Shown: positions 26,191-38,454 of the stretch, piece by piece
Position numbering within the stretch: position 1 is the stretch's first letter
Layout: every line of letters starts with the position of its first letter
Source of the DNA: Podarcis filfolensis
Lineage: Eukaryota
DNA: 64,000 nt
NCBI GenBank assembly: GCA_964270895.1
Contig: OZ185440.1
Reading direction: 5' to 3' (one strand)
Translations under genes and position numbers: made by a program
The notes under the pieces: generated by a model
Told to the model about the DNA's origin: nothing
Seen by the model: only the letters and a program-made list of their open reading frames with translations
Database searches by the model: none

Positions 26191-27858
26191 CAATAGATTT
26201 TTTTTTTTTACCACCATTCAGCCAAAGTTTAACACATTTAAAGTCCCATTGCTTCTAATGGGAAAGTTTGAAGTGCCCTCTTACTGATTTAAACCTGCTT
26301 AAATCTCATGCATGCACATCCCTATCTAAATAAATAAATAAGTGGGTGGATGAATTCTTAGGCCACCTTTATAAATTCAATACTATTATCACAAGGGTTA
26401 ACAAACTACGGTAGTTCCGTGAGTAGCTGCATGCCATTATTTAGCACTTTTTACTGTTAGGAAGAACAAGGTGCCTTTCCTTTACTGAGGTACAGTTAAG
26501 GTATTGCAACTCAAAGCACAAAGAAAGCACTGGAATTACAATTAGTATCAATTTAGATGCTAAATACCTTTTTTTGGGAGGGAATCTAAAATCTCTACAT
26601 TTATTTAATGAGCAATTAATTCAGTAAACATTGGCGCACAGCTGCACTAATGTATACTGTCCTGTTTGCATTTACATATAAAAGCAGCCAATTCCTTGGA
26701 AAAAAACCCCAACTTTTAAATTTACGGTTAAAACTTGTTCTATCAATTTCTGTCTGTCAAATGACAGTTATGCATGATGCGTAAGAGCTTTGCTGGACTT
26801 GAACTCCTGTCATGTTCTATTTCACTATCCCAGCACTAATCTTTGCACAGTTCTATAAATACCATCTCCCTCCTCCTTCAAGAGGGCTTGACTTCTTTTC
26901 AAAATGCTGAAGTTTGAAAGGCATACCATGTCCCCATACACATTCTAATAAATTTGATGTAGTTTGATGGGGGGAAATTATGAATCGTCAAGTTTATCTT
27001 ATTCTTTTTTAAAAAAGACAATGTTAACAAAATGTTTAGACAAAAGCATGCAATGGCATGAATTCACCATGGAGGAAAAAGAGTTCTGAAAAGAGAGGGG
27101 CCCAGGAAGCAGGATGACACAGATCTATCAAGGCTGAACACGGGTTAAAGAATGTCTCCTGATACATTTTCATTGCTGTCTTCTACTTTTGTTTGTTTAT
27201 GCTTTTTAATCTAAAAGAAGTAATAGGAAATCAGGATTTCAAACAACTTCTTTTTGCTTTTTTTTTTTTAAACGACTCGAGCTCCTGCGTTGTGTCTGAG
27301 TCCTTGCATGAGAAAAACAATTTCCACTTGTGCAGTGGAACATTCCATTCCTTCCCCTTGCTTCCCAATATGTTCTTCAGAACAGATTTAGGAGGTGTTT
27401 GGGAGGGGGACACATACTGGGAGAAGAGGGAGGGGGTTTCCAATGCACTAGTGGGATTCATTCCGCTTGCACAAGGACTTCCTGGGATTCAATCCTCTTC
27501 GACTTGAAATGGCACCCAGCTCTTCAAATATCGCATGTATTTTGCTGCTGCTTTTACTCTCCTGTGGCACATTCAAGGAATAGCTGGTGCAGTTTGCATC
27601 TTACTGATTTGTGTTGCAGAAGCTGCTCACCCACAATATTCCATACATAATGAGGAATGCTGAACCTGTTCTTAATGAAGATCTAAAGCAAATCTGCTGA
27701 CTGGGAAAGGCTATGTTCAAAATGGCACATGCTTAAGTCTCAGTGAGGAAAGTAACAAAGTATCATCACCCACCTGACTTCCCCCCAAATCAATTGAGCT
27801 GCTCAAGTGCTTAAGTCAGTGGGTTTTGTGTGTGTTCATGTTCAACACTCGAACAGTA

Positions 27859-27896
27859 CAGTTCTTGCATGTCCCATTCAGTTCTTGCATGTCCCA
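27859..27896. repeat. 20-bp-period tandem duplication (cagttcttgcatgtccca)
   Basis: Two perfect 18-nt copies 20 nt apart, about 250 bp into intron 3. Confidence 0.9.
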
Positions 27897-28150
27897 GCCA
27901 GCTGATCCCCTTCCTCAAGAAAAAAATTAATACTCTATAATTGGAGGGGTGGTGATAACTAGCAGTGAAGGGTGGGTGTGTGATCAGTAGGTGGGGATTA
28001 CTGGGCTCTGCCGACCCTGCTAATGACAACCAACTCCACACAGCTCAGGTGAGGCACTTGCTAAGAGACAGTACAAGTCTAATTTTGCCTGGGGAAAACC
28101 CAAACAGATATGGACTCAAAGAATTTAGGCAGCAACAGGTACATACTTAC

Positions 28151-28216
28151 CATTTTCTGGCTGGTCCTTGATATCAGCTTCACTTGGCTGGCTTGGACTT
28201 TCAGACTGACTTGAAT
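28151..28216 (-). CDS. NFIA: Nuclear factor I A, coding exon 3 (66 nt, phase 1-1)
   Basis: Minus strand atttttatgttttttag|ATTCAAGTCAGTCTGAAAGT...CAGCCAGAAAATG|gtaagt; translates (D)[21 protein letters not shown](G), the NFIA segment just after the DNA-binding domain; phase-compatible with exon 4. Confidence 0.97.
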
Positions 28217-29792
28217 CTAAAAAACATAAAAATGGCCAAAAATTATAGGAATCGGTTGTTGAAATAAGATTTCCAAGTTCCAGACTTTAGATGATATATA
28301 TTGCAATCTCTCTATATTTCCATCCGATAGAATATACAGTATTATATTTTCACTGAACTTTAATGGAGTAATCAGATTACATTACATAGCTTTCCATTAA
28401 TCAAACTTTGTTGTAGAATAAATTCTACAAAATCTGAAACCAAAATTCGTAATTATACAAAACTTTGAAAAACCATGCCGCCAGGCAAAGAATTTGGCTT
28501 TGTAATGCAGTGTGGGTTTGGGGCATATGAGATTCCCTAATACTGCAATGTCATTATTTTTCAATAGCCTAACAACTTGCTGTTGAGACATTAACCTTTT
28601 CATGTTTGTATTATTAACTACCTTTGTATGAAAGCGCAGGCTTAATCAGCTGCTTTAATTCACAGAAGCTTCTGAATGAATTTCAGCCTGAATAAAGAGC
28701 TATGGGGACTGAACGTTATCATTCTTTTCCAGCCTGAGAAGCCTGTTCCTAAACCCTAGAAACCTCTCTGGTTCTTGATGCCAGTGCCTCAGGTTCCCAG
28801 AGCTGCAATTCCCAGGGTTGGCAGACCTCGAAACTTCGGAAGAGCTGGGGATCACACCTGCTATTTTCCTTTCTTCTCTTAACCTAGATAGTGTGTGAAG
28901 CTGGGGAGGATGAAAACTGGGGGGGAAAGACGGCTGCTGGAAGAGCTTCCCATACCTGTGCCTTTCTGAGAGTTAGCCAAAAATGCTCAGAAAAGCCATC
29001 TATTACTCTCTTTAAGTGGTGAACTCAAGTGGTGAATCGTGACCGATTCTGGTGACAAAACAGGACCTTGGTGCCAAAGAAAAGCCAATGAGAAACAAGA
29101 AGGAATTATCAGCAATGCTCTGGGAAACCTTGAGGTTTCCTGAAGTACAAGGGACATTGAAAATATCTGAAGTCGGCAATCCCACGAAAAAGAAATGGAC
29201 CAATGTCATCTGAGCATGCTCAGTGCTCAGTAGTCATGACTGCTGAGTGTCAGCTGGAAGAGAAAACCAGGAAATTGTATGTGTGAGCCTGCAGAAGGAA
29301 TGAAATGCCCTGCTTCAGCCCCCTGCAACTTATAATATCATGGAAGAAAGCATGGCTGGCTGAAACCAGCATTTTGTTACAGATCCCCCTTCTGTCTAAT
29401 TGGCATTGAAAGAGTGAAGCTTATGCTTGTGGCAACCCTTGAGTTGACTTCACCTTGAATTTCCAAGGTGCAGTGAAAAAGTCTGAAATTTGACCACATT
29501 TTAGAGAGAACTCCACACAAGATCAAAAGGTCATAACACCATACTGTGATTAAATTGAAAATCTTACTTCTATTGCTATGAAGTGATAACACCACCCTTG
29601 AGGTATTAACAGCACGAAAGAAGAAGTACTGCTGATGACTTTGGGTCAAACTATGATAACATATTACTTTTTGAAAAGCGTGCTAGCTTTTAAGCTAATG
29701 AATATTTTAATTATCAGACTACCATAAAGAAACTTTTGATACTCCATATGGATTCCCCCCCCCCCACCTCCTGTCAATATGCATTTGTTATA

Positions 29793-30007
29793 CAATGGTA
29801 CCTCGGGTTAAGAACTTAATTCATTCTGGAGGTCCATTCTTAACCTGAAACTGTTCTTAACCTGAGGTACCATTTTAGCTAATGCGGCCTCCCGCTGCCG
29901 ATGCCCGATTTCTGTTCTCATCCTGAAGCAAAGTTCTCAACCCGAGGTACTATTTCTGGGTTAGCGGAGTCTATAACCTGAAGCGTCTGTAACCCGAGGT
30001 ACCACTG
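29793..30007 (+). mobile_element. Tc1/mariner-type MITE, copy D (same orientation as copy A)
   Basis: caatggtacctc/gaggtaccactg TIRs, TA TSD, high similarity to copy A by eye. Confidence 0.92.
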
Positions 30008-33000
30008 TAGAGTAAAATAGACAAGCCCGTATCAACTAAGAAACTATAGCTAATTTAAGTACATGAAACGATGTGTATATTTACAATTGTACATCTAAAC
30101 ATCTAAAATAAGTTTCATTCAAATGCATTTTTTCAATGTGTGTTCAGTTCAACCAAACTGTTAGTGACATAGTGGATTTCAGAATTAGTGGCTTTATTAC
30201 CAAACATTAACAAGTAATTTTTCCTTGATTTTTGTAAAAGAAACGAAAATGATTAAAAAATAAACAACTCATTTAGCACTGTGCCAAATTTCAGTGTTGT
30301 GAGATAGTATTATTATACTGTCATTTAAGATGAAATGGCTTGCACGTTAAAATTCTAATTCTGTAATCCTATGCACTCCTATTTAGGAATAACTCACATG
30401 CAACCTACATCTGAGTAAATGTGTTTATGACTGGGCTGCAGGAGTTGCTAACTATTTGTATGCTGGTTACAGATAGGTAGCCGTGTTGGTCTGCCATAGT
30501 CAAAACAAAAAAAATTTTTTTTCTTCCAGTAGCACCTTAAAGACCAACTAAGTTAGTTCTTGGTATGAGCTTTCGTGTGCATGCATTTTCGTGTGTGTAT
30601 TTGTATGCTATTCTTTTAAAGGGTATTCATGCTATTGGGTCGCACTGTTTTGCTCTGTTTTTAAATTTATATATAATTGTATACCACTTTTGCCATGGAA
30701 GGCTTAGAGGACACACTAGTCAGGAAACAAGACAAGAACCTTATCTTTTTTCTTAAACAAGAACAGAACAGCAACATGTTATAAGGTTGCAATAACATGG
30801 TTTGTTTTTTTCTGACTACAGCATCATCATGCTTTTTCAGATCTACAAACGTATTTATTTTCTCAATTGTCCTGATATCTGGGACCAATGGTTCATACTA
30901 CAATACTTCCTATTAATGCATTCCTCCATCCTTTCCAGCTTCATTTCCATTTTGGGGGGAGAAGGGTATGGAGATTCTGCATGCTGTCCATATGATTCAT
31001 GCTTTGGTGTCAGGTATTAAAACAAAGTCCACAGGATCAATGTCCCAAACATTCTTTCTGTTTCTCCAACTCTCCATAGTGCCATTTTGACAACTACTGC
31101 ATGATTTAGGAGATTATCCAGGTTATGGCTTCTGAGCTCTTTGATGGAAGCCAGTCCTCCCATAAACTACATTTCTCTTGTGGATGAAATGGGCATCAAA
31201 ACTGGTCAGAACAGTCTCATAGTTGTGTTTAAGGCCTACTTCAGCAAAGATGAAAGATTTGTAAGCATTGCAGAGTTTTGTGGGTGACATGGTATTTCTA
31301 TTCAAATCAAACCATTACAGGATTATTAAAGGGAATGTGTCTGCTGCAGAAAATGGTGCTAATTTTCTTTGTCAGAAATTGGTGCATTTAAAACTTGACC
31401 TCCCATACCATGGCATGGAGCACTTAGAGGAAACAGCTAGGAGGCTAGACAATATTTATTGCCCCCCAAAACAAAAACAGCAGCATCAAGACACACCTAA
31501 CTATACTGGAGTTCAGTGCCTTCTAGGGTCTAAAATATATAATACTGATTGACATGTACAATTACAATAATATTAGAATGAAGTATTATATATAAACAAG
31601 TAATGTAAAAGGATATTATGATATTATGTTGCAAACAAGGAATATAAAACTATACTATGTCGTTCTTGGATTTGAAATACAATAAAGCTTGGATGTCACA
31701 AATTTATCCCATATTTTATACTTTTTCTGACCTTGTATTTTTCATCCAGGCTATCTTTAAATTTATTCTGTTTTTGAAAAGACCCTTCAGTCTTTTCGGC
31801 TACCATCAGGATTAAACATGGGAACTATGGCTCTGAAGAAAGCAAACTACCAAAATGTTTCAAAACAAAATATAATTCTGTTTCCTTGATTTTTATTCAG
31901 ATACTGAAGATGATTTGACACAGTCAAGAGTTTCAGTGTTTGGTTATTAAAGAGGAAATTCACAGAGCAGTCCTAAAAATGCAAAGTACACAGCAGAGGG
32001 TTTTCATTTGGTTCACACACCACAGCCCTATTCAATAGTATGCTGACTGTAACTTCCCTATTTTGGATTGCTAAAAAGATAACTCAAAATCCTGCTTTTA
32101 CAGTATATTACACACTTTGTGTTCTGATGCACACAAAACATATCCAGTGAAATCAATGTGCACAGTAGATAACCTATTTAATTTATGTAAATGAAAGAAA
32201 TTTTCATCCACATTTGAATTAAATTAATATTACTTAATATTATTACTTAATATAAATTCAGGTTAGCCATTCATTTATTTTTTTCTCCCTCCACACACAC
32301 ACTCATATACACAAACACACAGAGGTAGAGTTATATTCCACCACCTACATAAATTAAGAATCATGCAAAAATGCATAACCATATACATACTAAATTGGTG
32401 TTCCCCTCAAAGCAGGTTTTATTGCTGTTAGGGCAGGTAAGATAAATAATTATAAAATTATTATGAAAACAGGGCAGTTCTGATCCAACTAAACATAATA
32501 ATTTTAAAATCTCATTAACGTCAATGGAAGAAAGTTAAATATATACATAACTCTGCCGCTGAAATCAATGGGATTTAAAAGCAGATTGTGCCTGGTATTA
32601 TTAAAGTGAGACTTTAATTTATTACAGATGGAGATAGAGCCATTATAGTGAAGTAAATTATTAGTCACACACATCCAGTAATCTGGTTTGAGGAAACGTT
32701 TGCTGGTGGATTCCAACAAATCATAAACATCACAGTATTGGAAGGTGAAAAAAGCCTATAGATAAGCTTTTCTGGGGCTGTATAAGCTAGTTATATGGTG
32801 CTGCTCCCAAGGAATTATACTGTGGAGTCTCTAAGTGGACTTTCTCTTCTCCATTCTCCTTTCCATTGTCAATGGTGGCAGCGACAGAGGGATCTTGGGA
32901 TGCATTGCAAGGGGAGAGTTTTGGACAATGAGAGGGAATTGGGTTGGCAATGGCTTGGGAGGGGTTAGTAGGTAGGCTGGGATGGTGAAGGAGAAGGGGC

Positions 33001-35699
33001 TGTGAAGTGAAGTGGGTTGGAGGGCGTTGTGAGGGGATAGGGGCTTGGGGCAAGGTGTAAAGGGGGTGAATTCGCAAGGGGTGGATGGGTATGTGGGCAG
33101 CAACGGAAAGCAAGACAGCCCCTAGTAATCACATATATTTCCTCTACTTTTGATGAATATACTGTGTCTAATGAGAGAAATGGCATGACAGACGAGCCAA
33201 ACTTTCTTCTTCTGATGCAGCATCTGATTTCATGATCAGGTTTTCTGAGACTTTTTAGCCCTTAGACAGGATTTCTTGACTTTCACAGGCACAGTAATAT
33301 TATATCAAAATCCTAACTTGGATCCTGAAACTTTATCAGTCTCTAAAAACCACAGAAAGCTGCGGCCTCTTTCTCTAACATAGAAAAAGCCTTTTGACCT
33401 TTTTGATTCAAAGAATTCTACTCTCTATTTTTCCCCTGACAACTTGGGGATAAACCTATAAACCCATTAACAATTGGAACTGAGAAGACGACAGGTCATT
33501 CAAACCCAAAAAGTCATTATTCATAATGAATAATAATGACATTTATAAATAAACATGTGCAGAAGACTATGAGTAGAAGATTGAAGGAAAATAATACTAT
33601 TGGCTAGTTTATGGCTACAGATCACATATTCACTGAGCAAAGTATGTCAAATATCTCCATTGAAAATATTTTGGGGGCAAGAGGAATATATACTTTCTCT
33701 GATCTTTGCCCACATGTGGCTTTTCTTTCACACGTGGAAATTGCTTTTGCTGTCATGAGTTGCAATACTGAACATATACACGGTGAAGGAACTCTCAGTG
33801 AACCCAACAGTGCCCAACTATGTCTGAATAAACATGTTTAGGACTAGGTTATACATATTTTAGTTTCATGGAGTCAAAGAACGATGCTATGGGACAACAC
33901 TCATGTCTCTTAACATCTAAAAACCCAATAGGTAGAGGCAAGGTAGCACATTTGTAGAGTTTTCTGAGAGTAGTAGTCACTGGGAGTGTCAATTGGGAGC
34001 CTGATTTGAATAACAGGCAGAACTTTGTGGGATGGTTTATTTCCCCCATGAATGCTTTTCAGAAAATAGAGGTGTGATCCCTTGCTACGTATATAATCAA
34101 AGGACTCAGAAAGAAGTATGGTGAGGACAGGCATTTCCAGTTTCAGTGATGTGGATGGAGAGGACAGAGCCATTAATGGCAACAAAATGAAGCTTTACAC
34201 CAGGGAGGAAACTCTGTGATAAGTCTGTGCGCTTTCTTGGGTAAGTATAAAGAGATGCAGGACTGCCTGAGGGTACTCCAACAGTGTTCCCTAACACTCC
34301 CCCCCCAACAAATCCCCATCCCTAGCCTAAGGTGGGCATTTGAAAAAAAAATAATTGGTGGATTTGCTTACCACCTGCAACTTACATCAGCTTCTAATTT
34401 TCCCTCAGCAGTATAGATACAGGTACAGTATATTCAACTTGTTGCTCAAGTGCTCTTCACTGCTCTACCCTACCCCTTAACTTCAAAGTCCTTTCCTTTT
34501 CAGCAACTCTATTTACCTAAGTTGTATCCCATTAACTCCTGAGAAAAAAGGTTCCACACAGTGGTAAAATCACAGCAACCCTAGCCTCATTTTTGTGAGA
34601 GGACTCTTAATTCCCATACACTGGGAAAGAGATTATCTTTGATAATAGAAATGTAAATCAAAGCTTGCTGTTGTTTATTCCAGACAGACATTTCTGTGTT
34701 AAGTCTGTTTATCAGGCAACACTCTGTCTAAGCCAGGAAGCAGTCAGCCTTTGTGAGAAGATGTCTGCAAATATATTTCCCAGGAGCCCTTGCAGCAAAC
34801 TTTTGTGGCCAATCCCCCCAACCTCCCACTCCTTGTTACTTTACCAGAAAATTGTACTAAGACAGCCCATAAGTAGATGAGCAAAAACAACTAGCTAGAC
34901 TATGCTGATGAGCATGAATGAAACCAAAACATGTGCGCACAGTCTGCTGCCCTTTATTCTAAGCAGACTTTGTGTATTACATCTGTTTAGCAAGCAACAC
35001 TTTGTCTGAGTTGTCAAGCTTTGTAAAAAGGAGTTCCCAGAAACTCCAAGGTGACTTTTTTTTGGGGGGGGAAGGGGGCTGCACAAAAGATCCTTATTGC
35101 AGGCTATATCTCAAGAACTGTATATATAATATGATTATGATATTTACAAGGCTCAAAAAAATATAGAATTTCGCTTCAGTTTAAGTTATTCTATTTTTTG
35201 CATGAACAATGTACTGGTATGGAGTGATAGGCAACAGAGTTTCAGAGGGGAGGGGGAATTTGTTACTAGTTTTTAATACACTTATAAATGTTTGCTTTTT
35301 TAGAGGTTTGCTCTCTTTGTTTATTACTAGACCATATTTCTTTTGTAGCAGCATACATTAACTTTTGACTTAATTCATACTGTCATAAAAGGCTTCCGGC
35401 TTTATGAAAATATTCTTAAAACACTGCACAACTATGCTAAAAAAGAACAACACAGGAGGAGAAAATCTGTTGCCCAAAGGAATTAAAACCCAAATTTTCA
35501 GGCTTCCCCTCCCCCGAAGACAAAATAAACTTAACTTGTTTGTATTCTCCTCAGTCGTGTTGTATGCATCAGCAACTAAAAACAAAGAAACTTTTAGCTG
35601 CTCAGACAAAATGCAGAAGCTCCCCAAACGACAAAGCAAGCGGGGTGGGAGGAGGGGGGGTAGCTGGGAAGCATTCAAAAAGTCTGACAGTCCATTCAA

Positions 35700-36060
35700 T
35701 ATACGGATGATGGCCATAATGCATCCAGGGTCCCCTTGCTAATTAAATATGCATTGGCACAGTTTTGATCGATGCAAGCCATGGATCAGATGACACACCT
35801 GCAAAATCGTGAGCCCAGAGCTCCCAGGGAAAAAAAGGGGGAAAATACAGCCTGTCTCCTTATCTTTGTTTTCAAAGGCTCTCAATTTCTGTGCTTAGAT
35901 ATCTAATTTAATTCTCTCACCCCTCAGCAAACTGGATTAGGAAAGTCAATACTGCCTTTGTGCATCGACAGGAACACACAGCTTTCCTTTTATTCAATTT
36001 AGCCGTGACCTTTAGACAAAGATAATGACAACTGTCTAAAAGAAAGGTACAGCTTCAAGG
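35700..36060. promoter_or_regulatory. Candidate intronic enhancer of NFIA
   Basis: Repeat-free block retaining several CpGs with clustered POU3-like, SOX, TCF/LEF and NBRE motifs. Conservation not computed. Confidence 0.4.
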
Positions 36061-37839
36061 AAGGAGCTCTTGAGGGGCCTCCTGCAGTTCCACCACTCTG
36101 GATTTGCCTGCAAGACGTGAGTCAAGATTGGGAGGGAACCCTTAAAAAAAAACCAAAAAGAAAAAACCCTCTTATACGCAACCAACAGTAACCTGCACCT
36201 TAAAGCACTTCATAAAGAACTTTTTGTTCAGCACCCAGTCTTGGGACTTGCACTCACTTCCTAACTGGTTGCCAAGGAAAGTAACAATGGCTCCAATGGT
36301 ATACTGATTAGGGGTTGGCGGTTTAGAAAAAGGAGATGAAGCAAATTCCAAAGGGGGGGGGGGGGAGAAGAGTTGAATTAGCGTAGGTATGAGTACTTAT
36401 ACCTTTGCATCAATAGGTGGAGCTGAATAAAAGTTGTGAAGATTCTACAACCAAAAATTCACCATGAAAACATTCCAAATTTGAAATCATTTATGGCTCT
36501 CTCAAAAGAGCTGGAATTAACCTCATTTCCTATTGGTGTTCCTGCTATCACTGGTTAGTACCAAAGTGTTCATTGGTGCTAGCACGTTTATCATTTCTTC
36601 ATAATACTTGGACTGGCTCTTCATTCTTCTATGGCAGTAAGTTACCACCATGGTGTAGCATATGTAAAATTTCTAGGCTACTTTTACTTTATGGTAAAAT
36701 ATGTTTTGGGGCTAGTCATAGGCTCCTACCGGTATTATCTGAGCCATGACAAAGGTATGACAAAGGAGGTAGAGTGATAACAACACAACCCTTGCAATAC
36801 AGAAAAAAGTATTAATGGAAACTTGCATTCCTGAGCATCCACAATATGAAAAAATAAAGAACAACACGGATCAACAATTGATGCCCTCCTTATCTTAGAG
36901 AACTTAAGATCACATTTCATCATTATAAACTCCAAACTGAAAATATATATCTATTCAAATTAGAGTCTCCGTCCTCCTATCCATTTCCTAACCTGCCCTT
37001 ACAACTGATTTACATTATCCACTTCTATGAATTCTAACGTGATTTAAATTTATTGGGCCATTTAAAATTTTAGAGAGCTTCCAATTGGATCTGTATGGCT
37101 TTCTAGACATATGCAGAGTTCAGTTATTTAAAATTAATTGCAGTACAATAATTTTAAATTACTTCACACTGTACTAATCTCAAGTGCTTTGAAATATCTG
37201 AACTGCCCTATTTAGAGCCATCATAGTACTGCTGCATATGTGCACCACAGAGCAGTTTAAAATGCTGATCGGACCTGTGATGATTTATGCCAACAAGCAG
37301 GCAGACATGGTGGACCCATTGTTAATTATAGTGTCCAAATTTTAAAAATTATTCCAGATCATTTTTTTCTCTAGATCTTTCCCTTAAACCTGTCATCTCA
37401 GTGTAATCTGAAAAGTGGCTGTAAAATAGTCACAATATTAACTGTATTATGACAAAGATAGATTATAAAATATGTAGGGAGAAATTCAACACTGAGCTAG
37501 TGATTTCATCATGGCAAACTTTTCAGCTTGCCGGATGGAACAATCCTTCCTCTTCGCACCCAACACACTGTTCTGTGTGTTCTCCCAATCCCTCTCCCAA
37601 GCCAGTTTTGGAGAAGGCACAAGCGGGGCTTCTCCTGATGAGAATGAAATTGCAATAGCGTTTTTACACCAGAAGGACATAATATAAATGTCTTACTAAG
37701 TAAATAATAAAACAGTTGACCAAATGTGAGGGAAAGGGCCAACAAGATTCTTACCTCTGAGATGAATTATCTCACTGCTACTCCAGGAGTATAGGATATG
37801 CTTCACTGTTCAGGATAGAAAGTGTACTGGTATCAGTAC

Positions 37840-38418
37840 ATGGCCTCGGCTCAGTATATCTGAAGGAGTGTCTCCACCCCATCATTCAGCCCGGACACTG
37901 AGGTCCAGCGCCAAGGGCCTTCTGGTGGTTCCCTCACTGTGAGATGTGAGGTTGCAGGGAACCAGGCAGAGGGCCTTCTCGGTAGTGGCGCCGGCCCTGT
38001 GGAATGCCCTCCCATCAGATGACAAAGAAATAAACAATTATCTGACTTTTAGAAGACATCTGAAGGCAGCCCTGTTTAGGGAAATTTTTAATGATTGATG
38101 TTTTATTGTGTTTTTAATATTCTGTTGGAAGCAGCCAAAAGTGGCTGGGGAAACCCAGCCAGATGGGTAGGGTATAAATAATACAGTGGAACCTCGGGTT
38201 GCGGACGTAATCCATGACGGAGGCATGTCTGCAACCCACAGCGTTCAAATCCTGAAGCGCTGTGTGTGTGCAGGCACCGGCGCAATTTGGCACTTCTGCG
38301 CATGCACGAGCCGCAAAACCCGGAAGTAAACTGTTATGGTACTTCTGGGTTTCCCGCAGTCCGTAACCCGAAAACACGTAACCTGAAGCGTCCGTAACAT
38401 GAGGTATGACTGTAAATT

Positions 38419-38452
<34 letters not shown>
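37840..38452 (+). mobile_element. L2-clade LINE 3' fragment whose tail is interrupted by a MITE and ends in (CAT)n
   Basis: Encodes GLGSVYLKECLH...RQRAFSVVAPALWNALPSDDKEINNYLTFRRHLKAALFREIFND*; same family as the 13363 copy. Confidence 0.88.
38184..38412 (+). mobile_element. Tc1/mariner-type MITE, copy E (divergent subfamily), nested in the L2 tail
   Basis: cagtggaacctc / gaggtatgactg termini with TA at 38182-38183 and 38413-38414. Confidence 0.85.

Positions 38453-38454
<2 letters not shown>

Noticed and set aside
35370-35742. Overlapping 112-115 aa ORFs on both strands
   Set aside because: No recognisable domain; low-complexity composition. Better explained as a non-coding regulatory block.
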